NCBI GenBank assembly: GCA_050287785.1
Contig: JBNKCO010000010.1
Coordinates: 39,340-103,339, forward strand
DNA length: 64,000 bases
Source: Bacteroidales bacterium
Lineage (GTDB): Bacteria > Bacteroidota > Bacteroidia > Bacteroidales > UBA10428
Reading direction: 5' to 3'
The notes below the pieces were generated by a model. It saw nothing but the letters and a program-made list of their open reading frames with translations, was not told where the DNA came from and did no database searches. The position numbers and the translations under genes were made by a program. The number at the start of each line of letters is the position of its first letter. Position 1 is the stretch's first letter. Below are positions 1 to 10,278 of the stretch, piece after piece.

Positions 1-1
1 T

Positions 2-619
2 ATTGATCCTGTTCCATCTATGATTTACGGAACCTCTGATATGTCGGTTAAGGAAATGGTGGCAGCTTATGCAACTTTTGCAAATAAAGGTATTCACACA
101 AAACCATTATTTGTTACCAGAATTGAAGATAAATATGGGAATGTTCTGGCAACTTTTCAGCCAGAAACTAAGGAAGCAATCAGTGAGGAAACAGCATTTT
201 TAATGCTCAATTTAATGCAGGGAGTTACAAAATTTGGCACAGCTGCAAGATTGCGTTACAAATATGGTATGGATGGAGAAATTGCCGGAAAAACCGGAAC
301 AACGAATAAACATAGCGATGGCTGGTTCATTGGTATTACACCAAATCTTGTATCAGGTGCCTGGGTAGGCGCTGAAGAAAGATCTATTCATTTTGACAGA
401 CTTGGAATGGGTTCCGGCACAAGTATGGCATTACCAATTTGGGGTGAATACATGACTCGCGTATACAATGATTCAACTTTGTTTATTACAGAAGAAGATG
501 TTTTTGAGGCTCCTGAAGGTTTTAAAGTTGATCTTGATTGCGACAAGCAAAAAGAACCCGAAAATAATTTCGATGATGGTAGTGACCCATTTAGTGATTT
601 TGGCTTTGGAAACAACTAA
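2..619 (+). CDS. Class A penicillin-binding protein (PBP1A-type), C-terminal fragment; gene starts upstream of the window
   Basis: The frame is open from nt 2 with no stop before the ATG at 20. It carries the KTGTT (KTG box) of the transpeptidase domain, followed by DGWFIG and an acidic C-terminal tail. Confidence 0.85.
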   Translation: MDPVPSMIYGTSDMSVKEMVAAYATFANKGIHTKPLFVTRIEDKYGNVLATFQPETKEAISEETAFLMLNLMQGVTKFGTAARLRYKYGMDGEIAGKTGTTNKHSDGWFIGITPNLVSGAWVGAEERSIHFDRLGMGSGTSMALPIWGEYMTRVYNDSTLFITEEDVFEAPEGFKVDLDCDKQKEPENNFDDGSDPFSDFGFGNN

Positions 620-630
620 CTAAAACATTT

Positions 631-1992
631 TTAGTTTCGAAATATTAATCGAAGAGCATCGTTTAACGACGATGCTTTTTTTATTTCAATGTCCTTATTT
701 ATAGGTAAATCTTTATGATAAGAAGAAACAATAAACTTGTTAAATCCTAGCTTTACTGCCTCTGCCACCCGATGTTCAATTCTTGATACTGGCTTTAATT
801 CTCCTGTAAGACTTACTTCTGCGCAACAACAAGTTCTTGGTGGTATAGCCTGATCAGTTCTTGAAGAGACAATCGCGGCAATAATAGCTAAATCTGCAGC
901 AGTATCCTGAATTTTTATGCCTCCACCAATATTTAAGAAAATATCCTTGCTTGAAACATTTAGCCCAGCTTTTTTTTCTAACACAGCGAGTAACATATTT
1001 AAACGCCGTGTATCAAATCCAGTGGCCGACCGTTGCGGAGTTCCGTATACAGCGGTGCTAACAAGAGCTTGGGTTTCAATTAACAAAGGTTTAATTCCAT
1101 CAACAGTACATGCTATCGCAATTCCACTAAGGTTATCAACTGATTCGTGCAAAAAATAACCTGCAGGATTTAACACTTCATGCAAGCCGGTCTGATTCAT
1201 TTCAAATATAGCTAGTTCAGGTACTGCTCCAAACCGGTTCTTTAGTGTTCTCAAAATTCTAAAATGAAGATGTTGGTCTCCCTCAAATTGAATAACTGTA
1301 TCAACAATATGTTCAAGTACCTTAGGTCCTGCAAGGGAGCCATCCTTTGTAATATGACCTATTAACAATACTGGTGTTTTACTTTCTTTAGCCGCATTTA
1401 ACAAAGTTGCTGCACATTCTCTAACCTGAGATACACTGCCGGGAGCTGATTCAATATTTGAGGTATATATTGTTTGAATTGAGTCTATTACAAGTAAAGA
1501 GGGTCTTTCTTTTTTAAAATGAACTAGTATATCATGAAGATTGGTTTCATTGTATACAAGACAATTATCATTCAGATTTCCAATTCGGTTGGCTCTCATT
1601 TTTATTTGACCTCCGCTTTCTTCACCAGAAACATATAATACCTTGCCTTTTATTTCTAATGCTAGCTGAAGCGCAAGGGTAGATTTCCCAATACCAGGTT
1701 CACCTCCCAATAAAATAAATGACCCGGGTACAATTCCTCCTCCTAGAATTCTGTCAAACTCCTTTATTCCAGTTTGTGCTCTTGCATAGTCCTCAGATTT
1801 TATCTGACTAAAATTCTGTGGTGAAGATTTTTCTGAGTCAAATACATGAGTTTGCCTTGTACTTGATGTTTTAGTTATTTTAACTTCTTCTACATAGGTA
1901 TTCCAATTATTACAAGCGGCACACCTACCGATCCATTTTGGGGATTCGGCACCACATTCCTGACAAACAAAAACATTTTTACTCTTAGCCAT
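631..1992 (-). CDS. radA: DNA repair protein RadA/Sms
   Basis: N-terminal zinc ribbon (CQECG...CAAC), Walker A GEPGIGKST, KNRFG motif and a Lon-protease-like C-terminal domain. The ORF-track start at 2049 is trimmed to the ATG at 1992 (MAKSKNVFVCQECG). Confidence 0.93.
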   Translation of the reverse strand: MAKSKNVFVCQECGAESPKWIGRCAACNNWNTYVEEVKITKTSSTRQTHVFDSEKSSPQNFSQIKSEDYARAQTGIKEFDRILGGGIVPGSFILLGGEPGIGKSTLALQLALEIKGKVLYVSGEESGGQIKMRANRIGNLNDNCLVYNETNLHDILVHFKKERPSLLVIDSIQTIYTSNIESAPGSVSQVRECAATLLNAAKESKTPVLLIGHITKDGSLAGPKVLEHIVDTVIQFEGDQHLHFRILRTLKNRFGAVPELAIFEMNQTGLHEVLNPAGYFLHESVDNLSGIAIACTVDGIKPLLIETQALVSTAVYGTPQRSATGFDTRRLNMLLAVLEKKAGLNVSSKDIFLNIGGGIKIQDTAADLAIIAAIVSSRTDQAIPPRTCCCAEVSLTGELKPVSRIEHRVAEAVKLGFNKFIVSSYHKDLPINKDIEIKKASSLNDALRLIFRN

Positions 1993-2092
1993 ATAATGTC
2001 TACAGGTTAATTTTGAATACAAAATAAAGAAAACAATAATGCTCACCATGAAATAAACATGGCGATGATAAAAGTAAACAAGCTAAGCTAAA

Positions 2093-2443
2093 CTAACGAA
2101 GGGTATTATTCTCGTAATCAGGAAAAATAATAGTAGGATTAAAGCCTTTAGCTTCTTCGAGATTCATCATGGCATAGGCTATAATAATAATAATATCGCC
2201 AACTGCTACTTTCCTTGCTGCGGGACCATTCAGACAAATTTCACCTGAGCCCCTTTCCCCTTTGATTACATAGGTTTCTAAACGTTCACCGTTGTTGATA
2301 TTAACAATTTGCACCTTTTCATTTTCTATGATATTAGATGCCTCCATTAAATCCTCATCAATGGTAATACTTCCTACATAATGTAAATTCGCCTCGGTAA
2401 CTTTTACCTGGTGGATTTTTGATTTGACTACCTCTACAAACAT
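2093..2443 (-). CDS. panD: Aspartate 1-decarboxylase
   Basis: 116 aa. Typical KSKIH...VT N-terminus and the YVGSITID self-processing Gly-Ser site. Adjacent to panC. Confidence 0.93.
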   Translation of the reverse strand: MFVEVVKSKIHQVKVTEANLHYVGSITIDEDLMEASNIIENEKVQIVNINNGERLETYVIKGERGSGEICLNGPAARKVAVGDIIIIIAYAMMNLEEAKGFNPTIIFPDYENNTLR

Positions 2444-2455
2444 AGCAGTACAAAG

Positions 2456-3298
2456 TTACAAAATTATTTGGATATTATCGATTAATCTAATCTTTCCTGC
2501 ATGTACAGCAATACAAGCAGTAGTGGGAGTTTCAGACCTAAAAGCATTAACTGGCTGAAGTGTTTCATTATCGACAATTTCAAAATATTCTAAATCAAGT
2601 TCTGAATTTTTCAAAAAGGCCTCTTTCATCAAATCCTTTAATTCTTTTGGACTTTTCCGAGAACTCTCATTAACTGTAAACTTAAGCATCTCATAAATAA
2701 AAGGTGCGGCTTTTCTTTTTCTCTCTTCAAGCAAAACATTTCTTGAACTCATAGCCAATCCGTCATTCTCTCTTATTATTGCACAAGGAACTATTTCAAC
2801 CTTGAAATTATTATCCCTGACTAATTTTTTAATGACAGCCAGTTGCTGAAAATCTTTTAACCCAAAGTAAGCACGACTTGGCTCAACGGCATCAAATAAT
2901 TTCGATACAATTTGCCCCACTCCATTAAAATGATTTTGTCGAAATCTTCCTTCCATTACTGTTTCCAAGCTCCCAAAATCAAATGTGCGAGTATCAGGTT
3001 CGGGATACATTTCGTTAACAGAAGGAGCAAACACCAGATTGCATCCTACAGATTCTAACATTTGGCAATCCTTTTTCAAATCTCTGGGATACCTTTCCAA
3101 ATCAGACTTATCATTAAATTGAGTTGGATTAACAAAAATACTGGTAACAGTAAAATCATTCCCCTGTACACATTGTTCAACTAAAGAAAGATGACCATTA
3201 TGCAAAGCTCCCATCGTAGGTACAAAACCTATACTTTCATTCCCTTGTTTAGGATTAAGTATTGCCTTTAATTCTGCTATTGTGTTTACTACTTTCAT
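2456..3298 (-). CDS. panC: Pantoate--beta-alanine ligase
   Basis: PTMGALHNGHLSL (HxGH-type) motif, and typical length and sequence. The ORF-track start at 3304 is a TTG; the ATG at 3298 (MKVVNTIAELK) is preferred. Confidence 0.92.
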   Translation of the reverse strand: MKVVNTIAELKAILNPKQGNESIGFVPTMGALHNGHLSLVEQCVQGNDFTVTSIFVNPTQFNDKSDLERYPRDLKKDCQMLESVGCNLVFAPSVNEMYPEPDTRTFDFGSLETVMEGRFRQNHFNGVGQIVSKLFDAVEPSRAYFGLKDFQQLAVIKKLVRDNNFKVEIVPCAIIRENDGLAMSSRNVLLEERKRKAAPFIYEMLKFTVNESSRKSPKELKDLMKEAFLKNSELDLEYFEIVDNETLQPVNAFRSETPTTACIAVHAGKIRLIDNIQIIL

Positions 3299-3314
3299 AT
3301 TCAAAAAAACCGCA

Positions 3315-3322
3315 CAAAGATA
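3315..3322 (-). promoter_or_regulatory. Candidate Bacteroidota -7 promoter box (TAtcTTTG on the minus strand) for panC-panD
   Basis: The plus strand reads caaagata, an exact match to TAnnTTTG on the minus strand, 17 nt upstream of the panC ATG. Confidence 0.3.
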
Positions 3323-3438
3323 AGCAATTTATAAAGCCTGGAAAGAATTGCTGCTAACAATCAACAATTAACTTTTATTAACATCAATAAAGACAGGCTT
3401 TAGGAGACGATTCATTTTTTAGGCCGGATTATTTTTAG

Positions 3439-3446
3439 TACTTTTG
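3439..3446 (+). promoter_or_regulatory. Candidate Bacteroidota -7 promoter box (TActTTTG)
   Basis: Exact TAnnTTTG match 30 nt upstream of the ATG at 3476. Confidence 0.35.
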
Positions 3447-3475
3447 CAGGATATTTCTGAAACATAAAGAATAAT

Positions 3476-4279
3476 ATGGCTAAAAGAGTATTGTTTGTTT
3501 CGCAGGAAATAACTCCTTATCTTCCGGAAACAGAATTATCAGTTATAGCAAGAAATCTTCCTCAGGGAATTCAAGAAACAGGAAAAGAAATCCGCACTTT
3601 TATGCCAAGGTTTGGCTGTATAAATGAAAGAAGAAATCAGTTACATGAGGTAATACGCTTGTCTGGGATGAATTTAATCATTGACGATAATGATCATCCT
3701 TTGATAATTAAGGTCGCATCAATACAAGCGGCCAGAATGCAGGTATACTTCATTGATAATGAAGATTTCTTTCACAGAAAATACACCCTTCAAGATCAGG
3801 ATGGCAATTCCTTTAGTGACAATGATGAACGAGCTATATTTTTCACTCGTGGTGTTGTTGAAACAGTAAAAAAACTTCAGTGGGCTCCGGATCTAATCCA
3901 TTGCCATGGTTGGTTTACTGCCCTGTTGCCTATTTACATAAAGCAATATTACAACGACGACCCTCTATTTCAAAATACGAAGCTTGTAACTTCTATTTAT
4001 GATAAAGACTTTAAAGAACCTCTGAATAATCGTTTAAAAGAAAAGCTTGCCAGCAGCGGATTAAACACATCCGATTTAGATGTTGTTTCCGATCCTAGTT
4101 ATGAAAACTTAATGAAGTTGGCAATAAATTCTTCTGATGGCGTTATATATGGTAGTAATGAAATAAATTCAGAGGTAATGAAGTATGTTGAAAGTACTGG
4201 TACTCCAAAACTCGAATACCAAGACGAACAGACTTACGTGAAGGCATACTCCGATTTTTACGATTCTATACTTGATTAA
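3476..4279 (+). CDS. Short glycogen/starch-synthase-like protein (N-terminal GT5-type half only)
   Basis: 267 aa. Resembles the N-terminal catalytic half of GlgA (VSQEITPY..., HCHGWFTAL). The canonical K-x-G-G-L motif is replaced by ETELS, and the C-terminal GT1 half is absent. Confidence 0.7.
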   Translation: MAKRVLFVSQEITPYLPETELSVIARNLPQGIQETGKEIRTFMPRFGCINERRNQLHEVIRLSGMNLIIDDNDHPLIIKVASIQAARMQVYFIDNEDFFHRKYTLQDQDGNSFSDNDERAIFFTRGVVETVKKLQWAPDLIHCHGWFTALLPIYIKQYYNDDPLFQNTKLVTSIYDKDFKEPLNNRLKEKLASSGLNTSDLDVVSDPSYENLMKLAINSSDGVIYGSNEINSEVMKYVESTGTPKLEYQDEQTYVKAYSDFYDSILD

Positions 4280-4294
4280 TTGAACAATTTTCGC

Positions 4295-5686
4295 ATGAAT
4301 AGATTAAATCTCAAAGGTCTTCCAATTTTATTAATTGGGATTCTAATTACTATATCTTGTGCTGACGACCCTTTGAAAGTAGGTATTGAAATACTACCCA
4401 GTGGAGATAGGTTTGTTGCTAAAGCAGATACATTGAAAATAAAATGCACTACAAAAGATATTGCAATGTCGGGTTATTCCACATCGAATGGAACTGAAAC
4501 AGACAATTGCCCTATTGGTCATGTAAAAGATTCAACTTTTGGAGAAACCTGGGCTCAATTGTTTACCTATTTTAATCGCGGAAATAAATATTACAAAATT
4601 GATACTACCATTGAAGAATCTGATGAATTTATAGAATGTGCAATCTATTTAAATATCGAAGGTTCAAATGTATATGGTACAAAAGACGGTTTCAAAGTAA
4701 TTGTGCATCCTTTAACCAAAGCAGTTACTTATGGAGAAGTTGCTGGAGCTCCAAAAACAAACTATATTGTCAAGTCAGATTTATTCCCCTTTAATGAGAA
4801 TCCTATATCAATGAAAGATTCTACTTTTTTTATATCAAATGACCCAGAATCTGAAATACCCGTTCTTGATAGTGGCAATTATATCAAAGTTAAGCTTGAC
4901 AAGACATATGGAGAAATGCTTATGAATACCAGTCTTACACAGAGTGCGGATTTCAATGAAAATTTCCCCGGTTTCTATTTATATGGACAAGCAAAAACAG
5001 GCACCTCCGGTGGTTTAAATAATTTCTTTTACAAAAAATCTAAGCTTCTTGTGAGATTTAAGCGCCCCCATGGCAGCAAAGATGGAGTAAATGATACAAT
5101 ATTGTATGCTTACCATGACTTAGCAAATTACCAAGGTTTTTACAAGCATGATTATAATAATGCGTCTATAAAAAATGCTATTAATGACTCTGAAGAAAGC
5201 CAAAATTTTTATTTACAGTCTATGGATGGTGTTAAAGGCTTAATTGACTTGGTTGAGTTAGATAGTTTCCGGAATGCGAACATGGATAAAATTGGAATAA
5301 ATCTGGCCGAACTTGTCTTTCCCGTGACGTTCACAGAAGATACATCTTCGTATTCTTATCCAAAGAGAATTGCCCCTTATTCTGTTTTAGAAAATGATAA
5401 TTTTATTTTTACAGCAGACGATTACTTTACAGACAATGCATTATATTTTAATGGCTTTTTCGATTCGGATAACGACGAGTACCGAGTTAATATTACTGAA
5501 TCGGTACACAAATTTATGCGTGGTGAATGGAATGATGAAAGGCTATACCTGAATATTGCTAATAATAATTTTACAAGTACATCTTCTATTGACTATAAGA
5601 ATCCATCCAGGATAATCCTGAATTCAGGAAACCATGCTACTAAACCAGCCTATTTACGTTTGATATATACTTTAACCAATTATTAA
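4295..5686 (+). CDS. Lipoprotein, DUF4270-like (assignment by synteny and general appearance)
   Basis: Signal peptide ending in ITISC, followed by ADD, an acidic surface-export-like tract. It lies between the short glycogen-synthase homologue and glmS, as I recall for Bacteroidota. The ORF-track TTG at 4280 is trimmed to the ATG at 4295. Confidence 0.5.
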   Translation: MNRLNLKGLPILLIGILITISCADDPLKVGIEILPSGDRFVAKADTLKIKCTTKDIAMSGYSTSNGTETDNCPIGHVKDSTFGETWAQLFTYFNRGNKYYKIDTTIEESDEFIECAIYLNIEGSNVYGTKDGFKVIVHPLTKAVTYGEVAGAPKTNYIVKSDLFPFNENPISMKDSTFFISNDPESEIPVLDSGNYIKVKLDKTYGEMLMNTSLTQSADFNENFPGFYLYGQAKTGTSGGLNNFFYKKSKLLVRFKRPHGSKDGVNDTILYAYHDLANYQGFYKHDYNNASIKNAINDSEESQNFYLQSMDGVKGLIDLVELDSFRNANMDKIGINLAELVFPVTFTEDTSSYSYPKRIAPYSVLENDNFIFTADDYFTDNALYFNGFFDSDNDEYRVNITESVHKFMRGEWNDERLYLNIANNNFTSTSSIDYKNPSRIILNSGNHATKPAYLRLIYTLTNY

Positions 5687-5688
5687 TT

Positions 5689-7524
5689 ATGTGTGGAATT
5701 GTTGGGTATATTGGCGACAGAGAAGCCTTACCAATCTTAATCAACGGCCTTAAAAGGCTTGAATACCGTGGATATGATTCCGCTGGAGTAGCTATTCTTG
5801 AAGACAAACCTGAGGTTTATAAACAGAAGGGGAAAGTATCCGATTTAGAAAAATTTATTGGAGAAAAACAACTAACCGGAAATATTGGTATAGGACATAC
5901 CAGATGGGCCACTCACGGCGAACCTAATAATGTTAATGCCCACCCTCATTCCTCTATGAATGGCAAGTTCACGATAATTCATAATGGTATTATTGAGAAT
6001 TACGCTCGTTTGAGAGATAGATTAATGGAGCGCGGTGTGAAATTTCAAAGTGAAACTGATACTGAGGTTCTCGCTAATCTGATTGAATACATTTATGAAA
6101 AAGGACAAGTCGATGCTGAAATTGCTGTTCGACTCGCTCTCACAAAAGTTGTTGGTGCTTATGGCTTAGTTGTTATGTGCGCCGATGAACCAAACAAACT
6201 TATTGCTGCAAGAAAGGGTAGTCCGTTAGTAATTGGTGTAGGAAACGAAGAATATTTTATTGCCTCAGATGCAACTCCTATTGTTGAGTATACTAAAAGT
6301 GTTATTTATCTTAATGATGGTGATGTTGCGGTAATTAAAAAAGACCAGCTTACATTAAAAACCATCAAGAATGATGAGCAAACTCCAACTATTCATGAAC
6401 TAGATATTGATATTGGAGAAATAGACAAAGGTGGATACGATCATTTCATGCTTAAAGAAATATTTGAGCAATCCAAATCAATAAATGACACATTTAGAGG
6501 AAGAGTAAGAAGCGAAGAAGATGAGATTCATCTTGGAGGATTATTTGAAGTATTACCCACTCTTGAAAAAGCTAAGCGTATTATTATAATTGCATGTGGC
6601 ACCTCTTGGCATGCCGGGCTAGTTGGAGAATATTTATTTGAAGATCTGGCCAGAATTAACGTTGAGGTTGAATATGCATCTGAATTCAGATATAGAAATC
6701 CAATTATTAGTAAAGATGATGTAATTATTGCTATTAGTCAAAGTGGAGAAACTGCTGATACCCTTGCTGCAATTAAGCTAGCAAAGGAAAAAGGTGCTAC
6801 AGTTTTAGGAATTTGCAATGTTGTAGGTTCTTCTATTCCGAGGGAAACAGATGCAGGAGTTTACACGCATGCCGGCCCTGAAATCGGAGTTGCTTCAACA
6901 AAAGCATTTACAGCTCAGGTTACTGTTATAGCCATGATGGCAATTGTTGTTGGAAGAAGCAGAGGCTATATTAGTGATGAATACCATCGTTCGCTTATAC
7001 GTGAATTTAACCTAATTCCTGATAAGATTAATGAAATTCTTGAGCATAGCGAACAATATAAACATGTTGCAGATCTTTATAAAGAAGCAACAAACGCTCT
7101 ATATCTGGGAAGAGGCTATCTTTTCCCTGTTGCTCTTGAAGGAGCACTGAAACTTAAAGAGATTTCATACATCCATGCTGAGGGGTATCCCGCTGCCGAG
7201 ATGAAACACGGACCAATTGCGCTAATTGATGAGAATATGCCCGTTGTCGTTGTGGCAACCAAGGACTCCTCGTATGAAAAAATTGTAAGCAATGTCCAAG
7301 AAGTTAAGGCACGAAATGGTCTAGTTATTGCCGTTGTTACTAAAGGCGATACAATTATTAGAGACATGGCCGATCATGTATTTGAGATTCCTGAAACAGA
7401 AACAATATTAACTCCTCTTTTATCGGTAATTCCTTTGCAATTATTCTCATACTACATTGCAGTAATGAGAGGTTGTAATGTTGACCAGCCAAGAAATCTG
7501 GCTAAATCGGTGACTGTGGAGTAA
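5689..7524 (+). CDS. glmS: Glutamine--fructose-6-phosphate aminotransferase
   Basis: MCGIVGY N-terminal nucleophile, two SIS domains and the C-terminal NLAKSVTVE. 611 aa. Confidence 0.97.
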   Translation: MCGIVGYIGDREALPILINGLKRLEYRGYDSAGVAILEDKPEVYKQKGKVSDLEKFIGEKQLTGNIGIGHTRWATHGEPNNVNAHPHSSMNGKFTIIHNGIIENYARLRDRLMERGVKFQSETDTEVLANLIEYIYEKGQVDAEIAVRLALTKVVGAYGLVVMCADEPNKLIAARKGSPLVIGVGNEEYFIASDATPIVEYTKSVIYLNDGDVAVIKKDQLTLKTIKNDEQTPTIHELDIDIGEIDKGGYDHFMLKEIFEQSKSINDTFRGRVRSEEDEIHLGGLFEVLPTLEKAKRIIIIACGTSWHAGLVGEYLFEDLARINVEVEYASEFRYRNPIISKDDVIIAISQSGETADTLAAIKLAKEKGATVLGICNVVGSSIPRETDAGVYTHAGPEIGVASTKAFTAQVTVIAMMAIVVGRSRGYISDEYHRSLIREFNLIPDKINEILEHSEQYKHVADLYKEATNALYLGRGYLFPVALEGALKLKEISYIHAEGYPAAEMKHGPIALIDENMPVVVVATKDSSYEKIVSNVQEVKARNGLVIAVVTKGDTIIRDMADHVFEIPETETILTPLLSVIPLQLFSYYIAVMRGCNVDQPRNLAKSVTVE

Positions 7525-7546
7525 TAAATAAGATATTTGACTAAAT

Positions 7547-7582
7547 AAAAAATCCACTTTGGTAAACTAAAGTGGATTTTTT
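7547..7582. terminator. Bidirectional intrinsic terminator between convergent glmS and rfbB
   Basis: 10-bp perfect stem aatccacttt / aaagtggatt with an 8-nt loop, flanked by an A-run 5' and a T-run 3'. Confidence 0.7.
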
Positions 7583-7603
7583 ATTTATCATTGGTTCGTT
7601 AGT

Positions 7604-8659
7604 CTATCTACTTTCGTACATAGAGCTATAGTATTTTTCATAGTCTCCCGAAAGAATATTCTCGAGCCATTTTTCATTCTCAAGATACCAGTCAACAGTC
7701 TTTTCTAAACCTTCTTCAAAAGTAACTGATGGCTTCCAGTCAAGCTCATTCTGTAGTTTAGATGAATCAATAGCATATCTTAAATCATGTCCTGCACGAT
7801 CGGTTACAAATGAAATAAGTTTCTCTGATTCGCCTTCTGAACGACCAAGCTTTTTATCCATTACTCTACAGAATATGCGTACAAGGTCAATATTCTGCCA
7901 TTCATTATTTCCCCCAATGTTGTATGTATCACCCAATTTCCCATTGTGATATATTTCATCAATGGCTCTTGCATGATCAATTACATAAAGCCAGTCTCTA
8001 ACATTTTCTCCTTTCCCATAAACTGGAATAGTTTTCTTCTTCAGAATATTGTTAAATACAAGCGGTATTAGCTTTTCAGGAAATTGATTGGGCCCATAAT
8101 TATTTGAACAATTAGAGATCACAACTGGGAGTTTGTAGGTATTATGATAGGCTCTTACAAAATGGTCTGAACTAGCTTTTGAGGCAGAATAAGGACTCTG
8201 AGGATCGTATGAAGTAGTTTCCAGAAAATATCCTCCATCATCAAGCGAGCCATATACCTCATCGGTAGAAACATGGTAGAAAAGTTTACCTTCCATATTA
8301 TCTTTCCAATGCTTTACTGCCGAATTAAGAAGATTTGCAGTTCCAACTACATTTGTTAAAATAAATTCGTTTGGATTTGTAATTGAACGATCAACATGTG
8401 ATTCTGCTGCTAAGTGAATAATTCCATCAATAGAATACTTCCCAAAAAGAGCTTCAACTTCTTCATTTTTTACAATATCAACTTTTTCAAACTTGTAATT
8501 TGGAGCATTCTCGATATCTGCTAAATTTTCCAGATTACCGGCATAGGTTAGTTTATCAACGTTAATAATATTGTATTCAGGATATTTATTTACAAATAGT
8601 CTGATAACATGAGAGCCAATAAATCCAGCACCACCAGTTATTACTATATTTTTTTTCAT
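7604..8659 (-). CDS. rfbB: dTDP-glucose 4,6-dehydratase
   Basis: GGAGFIGS Rossmann motif, STDEVYG, YSASKA catalytic YxxxK, and the C-terminal WY..N..W typical of RfbB. Confidence 0.9.
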   Translation of the reverse strand: MKKNIVITGGAGFIGSHVIRLFVNKYPEYNIINVDKLTYAGNLENLADIENAPNYKFEKVDIVKNEEVEALFGKYSIDGIIHLAAESHVDRSITNPNEFILTNVVGTANLLNSAVKHWKDNMEGKLFYHVSTDEVYGSLDDGGYFLETTSYDPQSPYSASKASSDHFVRAYHNTYKLPVVISNCSNNYGPNQFPEKLIPLVFNNILKKKTIPVYGKGENVRDWLYVIDHARAIDEIYHNGKLGDTYNIGGNNEWQNIDLVRIFCRVMDKKLGRSEGESEKLISFVTDRAGHDLRYAIDSSKLQNELDWKPSVTFEEGLEKTVDWYLENEKWLENILSGDYEKYYSSMYESR

Positions 8660-8671
8660 CTCGATATTAGT

Positions 8672-9700
8672 TTAATCGGTTATATTTCGAATATTCTTTT
8701 CCCATTTCCAGGCAGAAGATAGGGTTTCTTCCAAAGTTTTTTCTGATTTCCAACCAAGCTCTTCATTTGCAAAGCGGGTATCGGCCCAAACTTTTTCAAT
8801 ATCACCTTCGCGACGACCAACAATTTTATAATTAACTTTTTTCCCGGTCGCTTTCTCAAATGTTTTGATTATTTCCATAACAGAAACGCCTTTACCAGTT
8901 CCCAGGTTAAATATTTCATAAGCCTTTTTAGACTTTTTGTCAAGAATTCTCTTTACAGCAACAACATGTGCTTTAGCTAAATCTACAACATGTATATAAT
9001 CACGAATTGCTGTTCCATCTGGAGTATCATAATCGTCGCCAAAAATACTTAATTGCTCTCTTAATCCTGCTGCGGTTTGCGTTACAAATGGAATAAGATT
9101 TGCCGGAATCCCCAGTGGTAATTCTCCTATTAAAGCAGAGGCATGTGCACCTACAGGATTAAAGTATCTTAGAGAAATAGCCTTTAAATCAGAATTTGCA
9201 TAAATTGAATCACTAATAATATCCTCAGCAATTTGCTTAGAATTTCCATATGGCGACAGAGCTTTTTTAGTTGGAGCCTCTTCGGTAACAGGCAAAACAT
9301 CGGGTTGTCCATAAACTGTACAAGACGATGAGAATACTAATCCGGGCTGTCCATACTTTTCCATAGCAAGCATAATATTCATCAAAGAGCTAATATTATT
9401 ATCGTAATAAGCCAATGGTTTCTCAACCGATTCTCCAACAGCTTTTAGCGCAGCAAAATGAATTATCGCTTTTATATCGCCATACTTTTCGAACAAATTA
9501 AAAACTTTATCTCTCTCGCAAAGATTAAACTCTTCAAAATGTGGTCGCACCCCGGTAATTTTCTCTATTCCATCAAGAACTTCAATACTCGAATTTGAAA
9601 GATTGTCAACAATAACAACCTCAAACCCGCTTTCGATTAATTCTACTGCTGTATGGGAACCAATATAACCAGTTCCTCCTGTAACTAATATTTTATCCAT
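8672..9700 (-). CDS. galE: UDP-glucose 4-epimerase
   Basis: [14 protein letters not shown] (YxxxK), [11 protein letters not shown]. 342 aa. Overlaps the upstream gene by 8 nt. Confidence 0.88.
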   Translation of the reverse strand: MDKILVTGGTGYIGSHTAVELIESGFEVVIVDNLSNSSIEVLDGIEKITGVRPHFEEFNLCERDKVFNLFEKYGDIKAIIHFAALKAVGESVEKPLAYYDNNISSLMNIMLAMEKYGQPGLVFSSSCTVYGQPDVLPVTEEAPTKKALSPYGNSKQIAEDIISDSIYANSDLKAISLRYFNPVGAHASALIGELPLGIPANLIPFVTQTAAGLREQLSIFGDDYDTPDGTAIRDYIHVVDLAKAHVVAVKRILDKKSKKAYEIFNLGTGKGVSVMEIIKTFEKATGKKVNYKIVGRREGDIEKVWADTRFANEELGWKSEKTLEETLSSAWKWEKNIRNITD

Positions 9701-10277
9701 TTGTCGATATAGGTTTTACCTTATTATTTTCAAGTTTATATATTTGTTTGCTTTCAGGACAAATTGCTTCCTGATTCTCATTAAATTCTAAACGATGTCC
9801 GTATTCACTAACCCACCCAATCTGATGCGATGGATTTCCAACAACAAGTGCATAGTCAGGAACTTCCTTTGTAACAACAGCTCCAGCACCAACAAAAGAA
9901 TATCGACCAATATTATTTCCGCAAACTATTGTAGCATTTGCACCTATTGAAGCTCCTTTGCAAACAACAGTCTTCATATATTCAGTTTTGCGTACAATCG
10001 CGCTTCGTGGATTTATCACATTTGTAAAAACCATTGAAGGCCCTAGAAATACATCATCTTCACAAATAACTCCTGTATAAATCGAAACATTATTCTGAAC
10101 CTTAACATTTCTTCCAAGAATTACATCTGACGACACAACAACATTCTGTCCAATATTGCAATTTTCACCTATTCTACAATTAGGCATAATATGAGAGAAA
10201 TGCCAAATTTTTGTTCCTTCCCCAATCTCACATCCTTCATCAATACATGCTGTTGTATGGGCAAAATACTTTTCCAT
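9693..10277 (-). CDS. Left-handed beta-helix N-acetyltransferase, WbpD/WlbB-like (UDP-2-acetamido-3-amino-2,3-dideoxy-glucuronate N-acetyltransferase type)
   Basis: Hexapeptide repeats. Long stretches match my recollection of WbpD ([51 protein letters not shown]). Confidence 0.78.
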   Translation of the reverse strand: MEKYFAHTTACIDEGCEIGEGTKIWHFSHIMPNCRIGENCNIGQNVVVSSDVILGRNVKVQNNVSIYTGVICEDDVFLGPSMVFTNVINPRSAIVRKTEYMKTVVCKGASIGANATIVCGNNIGRYSFVGAGAVVTKEVPDYALVVGNPSHQIGWVSEYGHRLEFNENQEAICPESKQIYKLENNKVKPISTNG

Positions 10278-10278
10278 T

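Noticed and set aside
1993-2049. N-terminal extensions in the ORF track: radA to 2049, ribE to 32536, asnS to 37258, the membrane protein to 51736, the repeat protein from 58650 and the coiled-coil protein from 60377.
   Set aside because: The extensions are not conserved-looking. Internal ATGs reproduce the canonical N-termini (MAKSKNVFVCQECG, MFTGIVEE, MSELRR, MKK signal peptides). For asnS, an exact -7 box lies inside the extension.
6597-6612. tggcacctcttggcat, which looks sigma-54-like.
   Set aside because: It lies inside the glmS coding sequence (CGTSWHA of the SIS domain), the spacing is off by one, and there is no downstream gene start.
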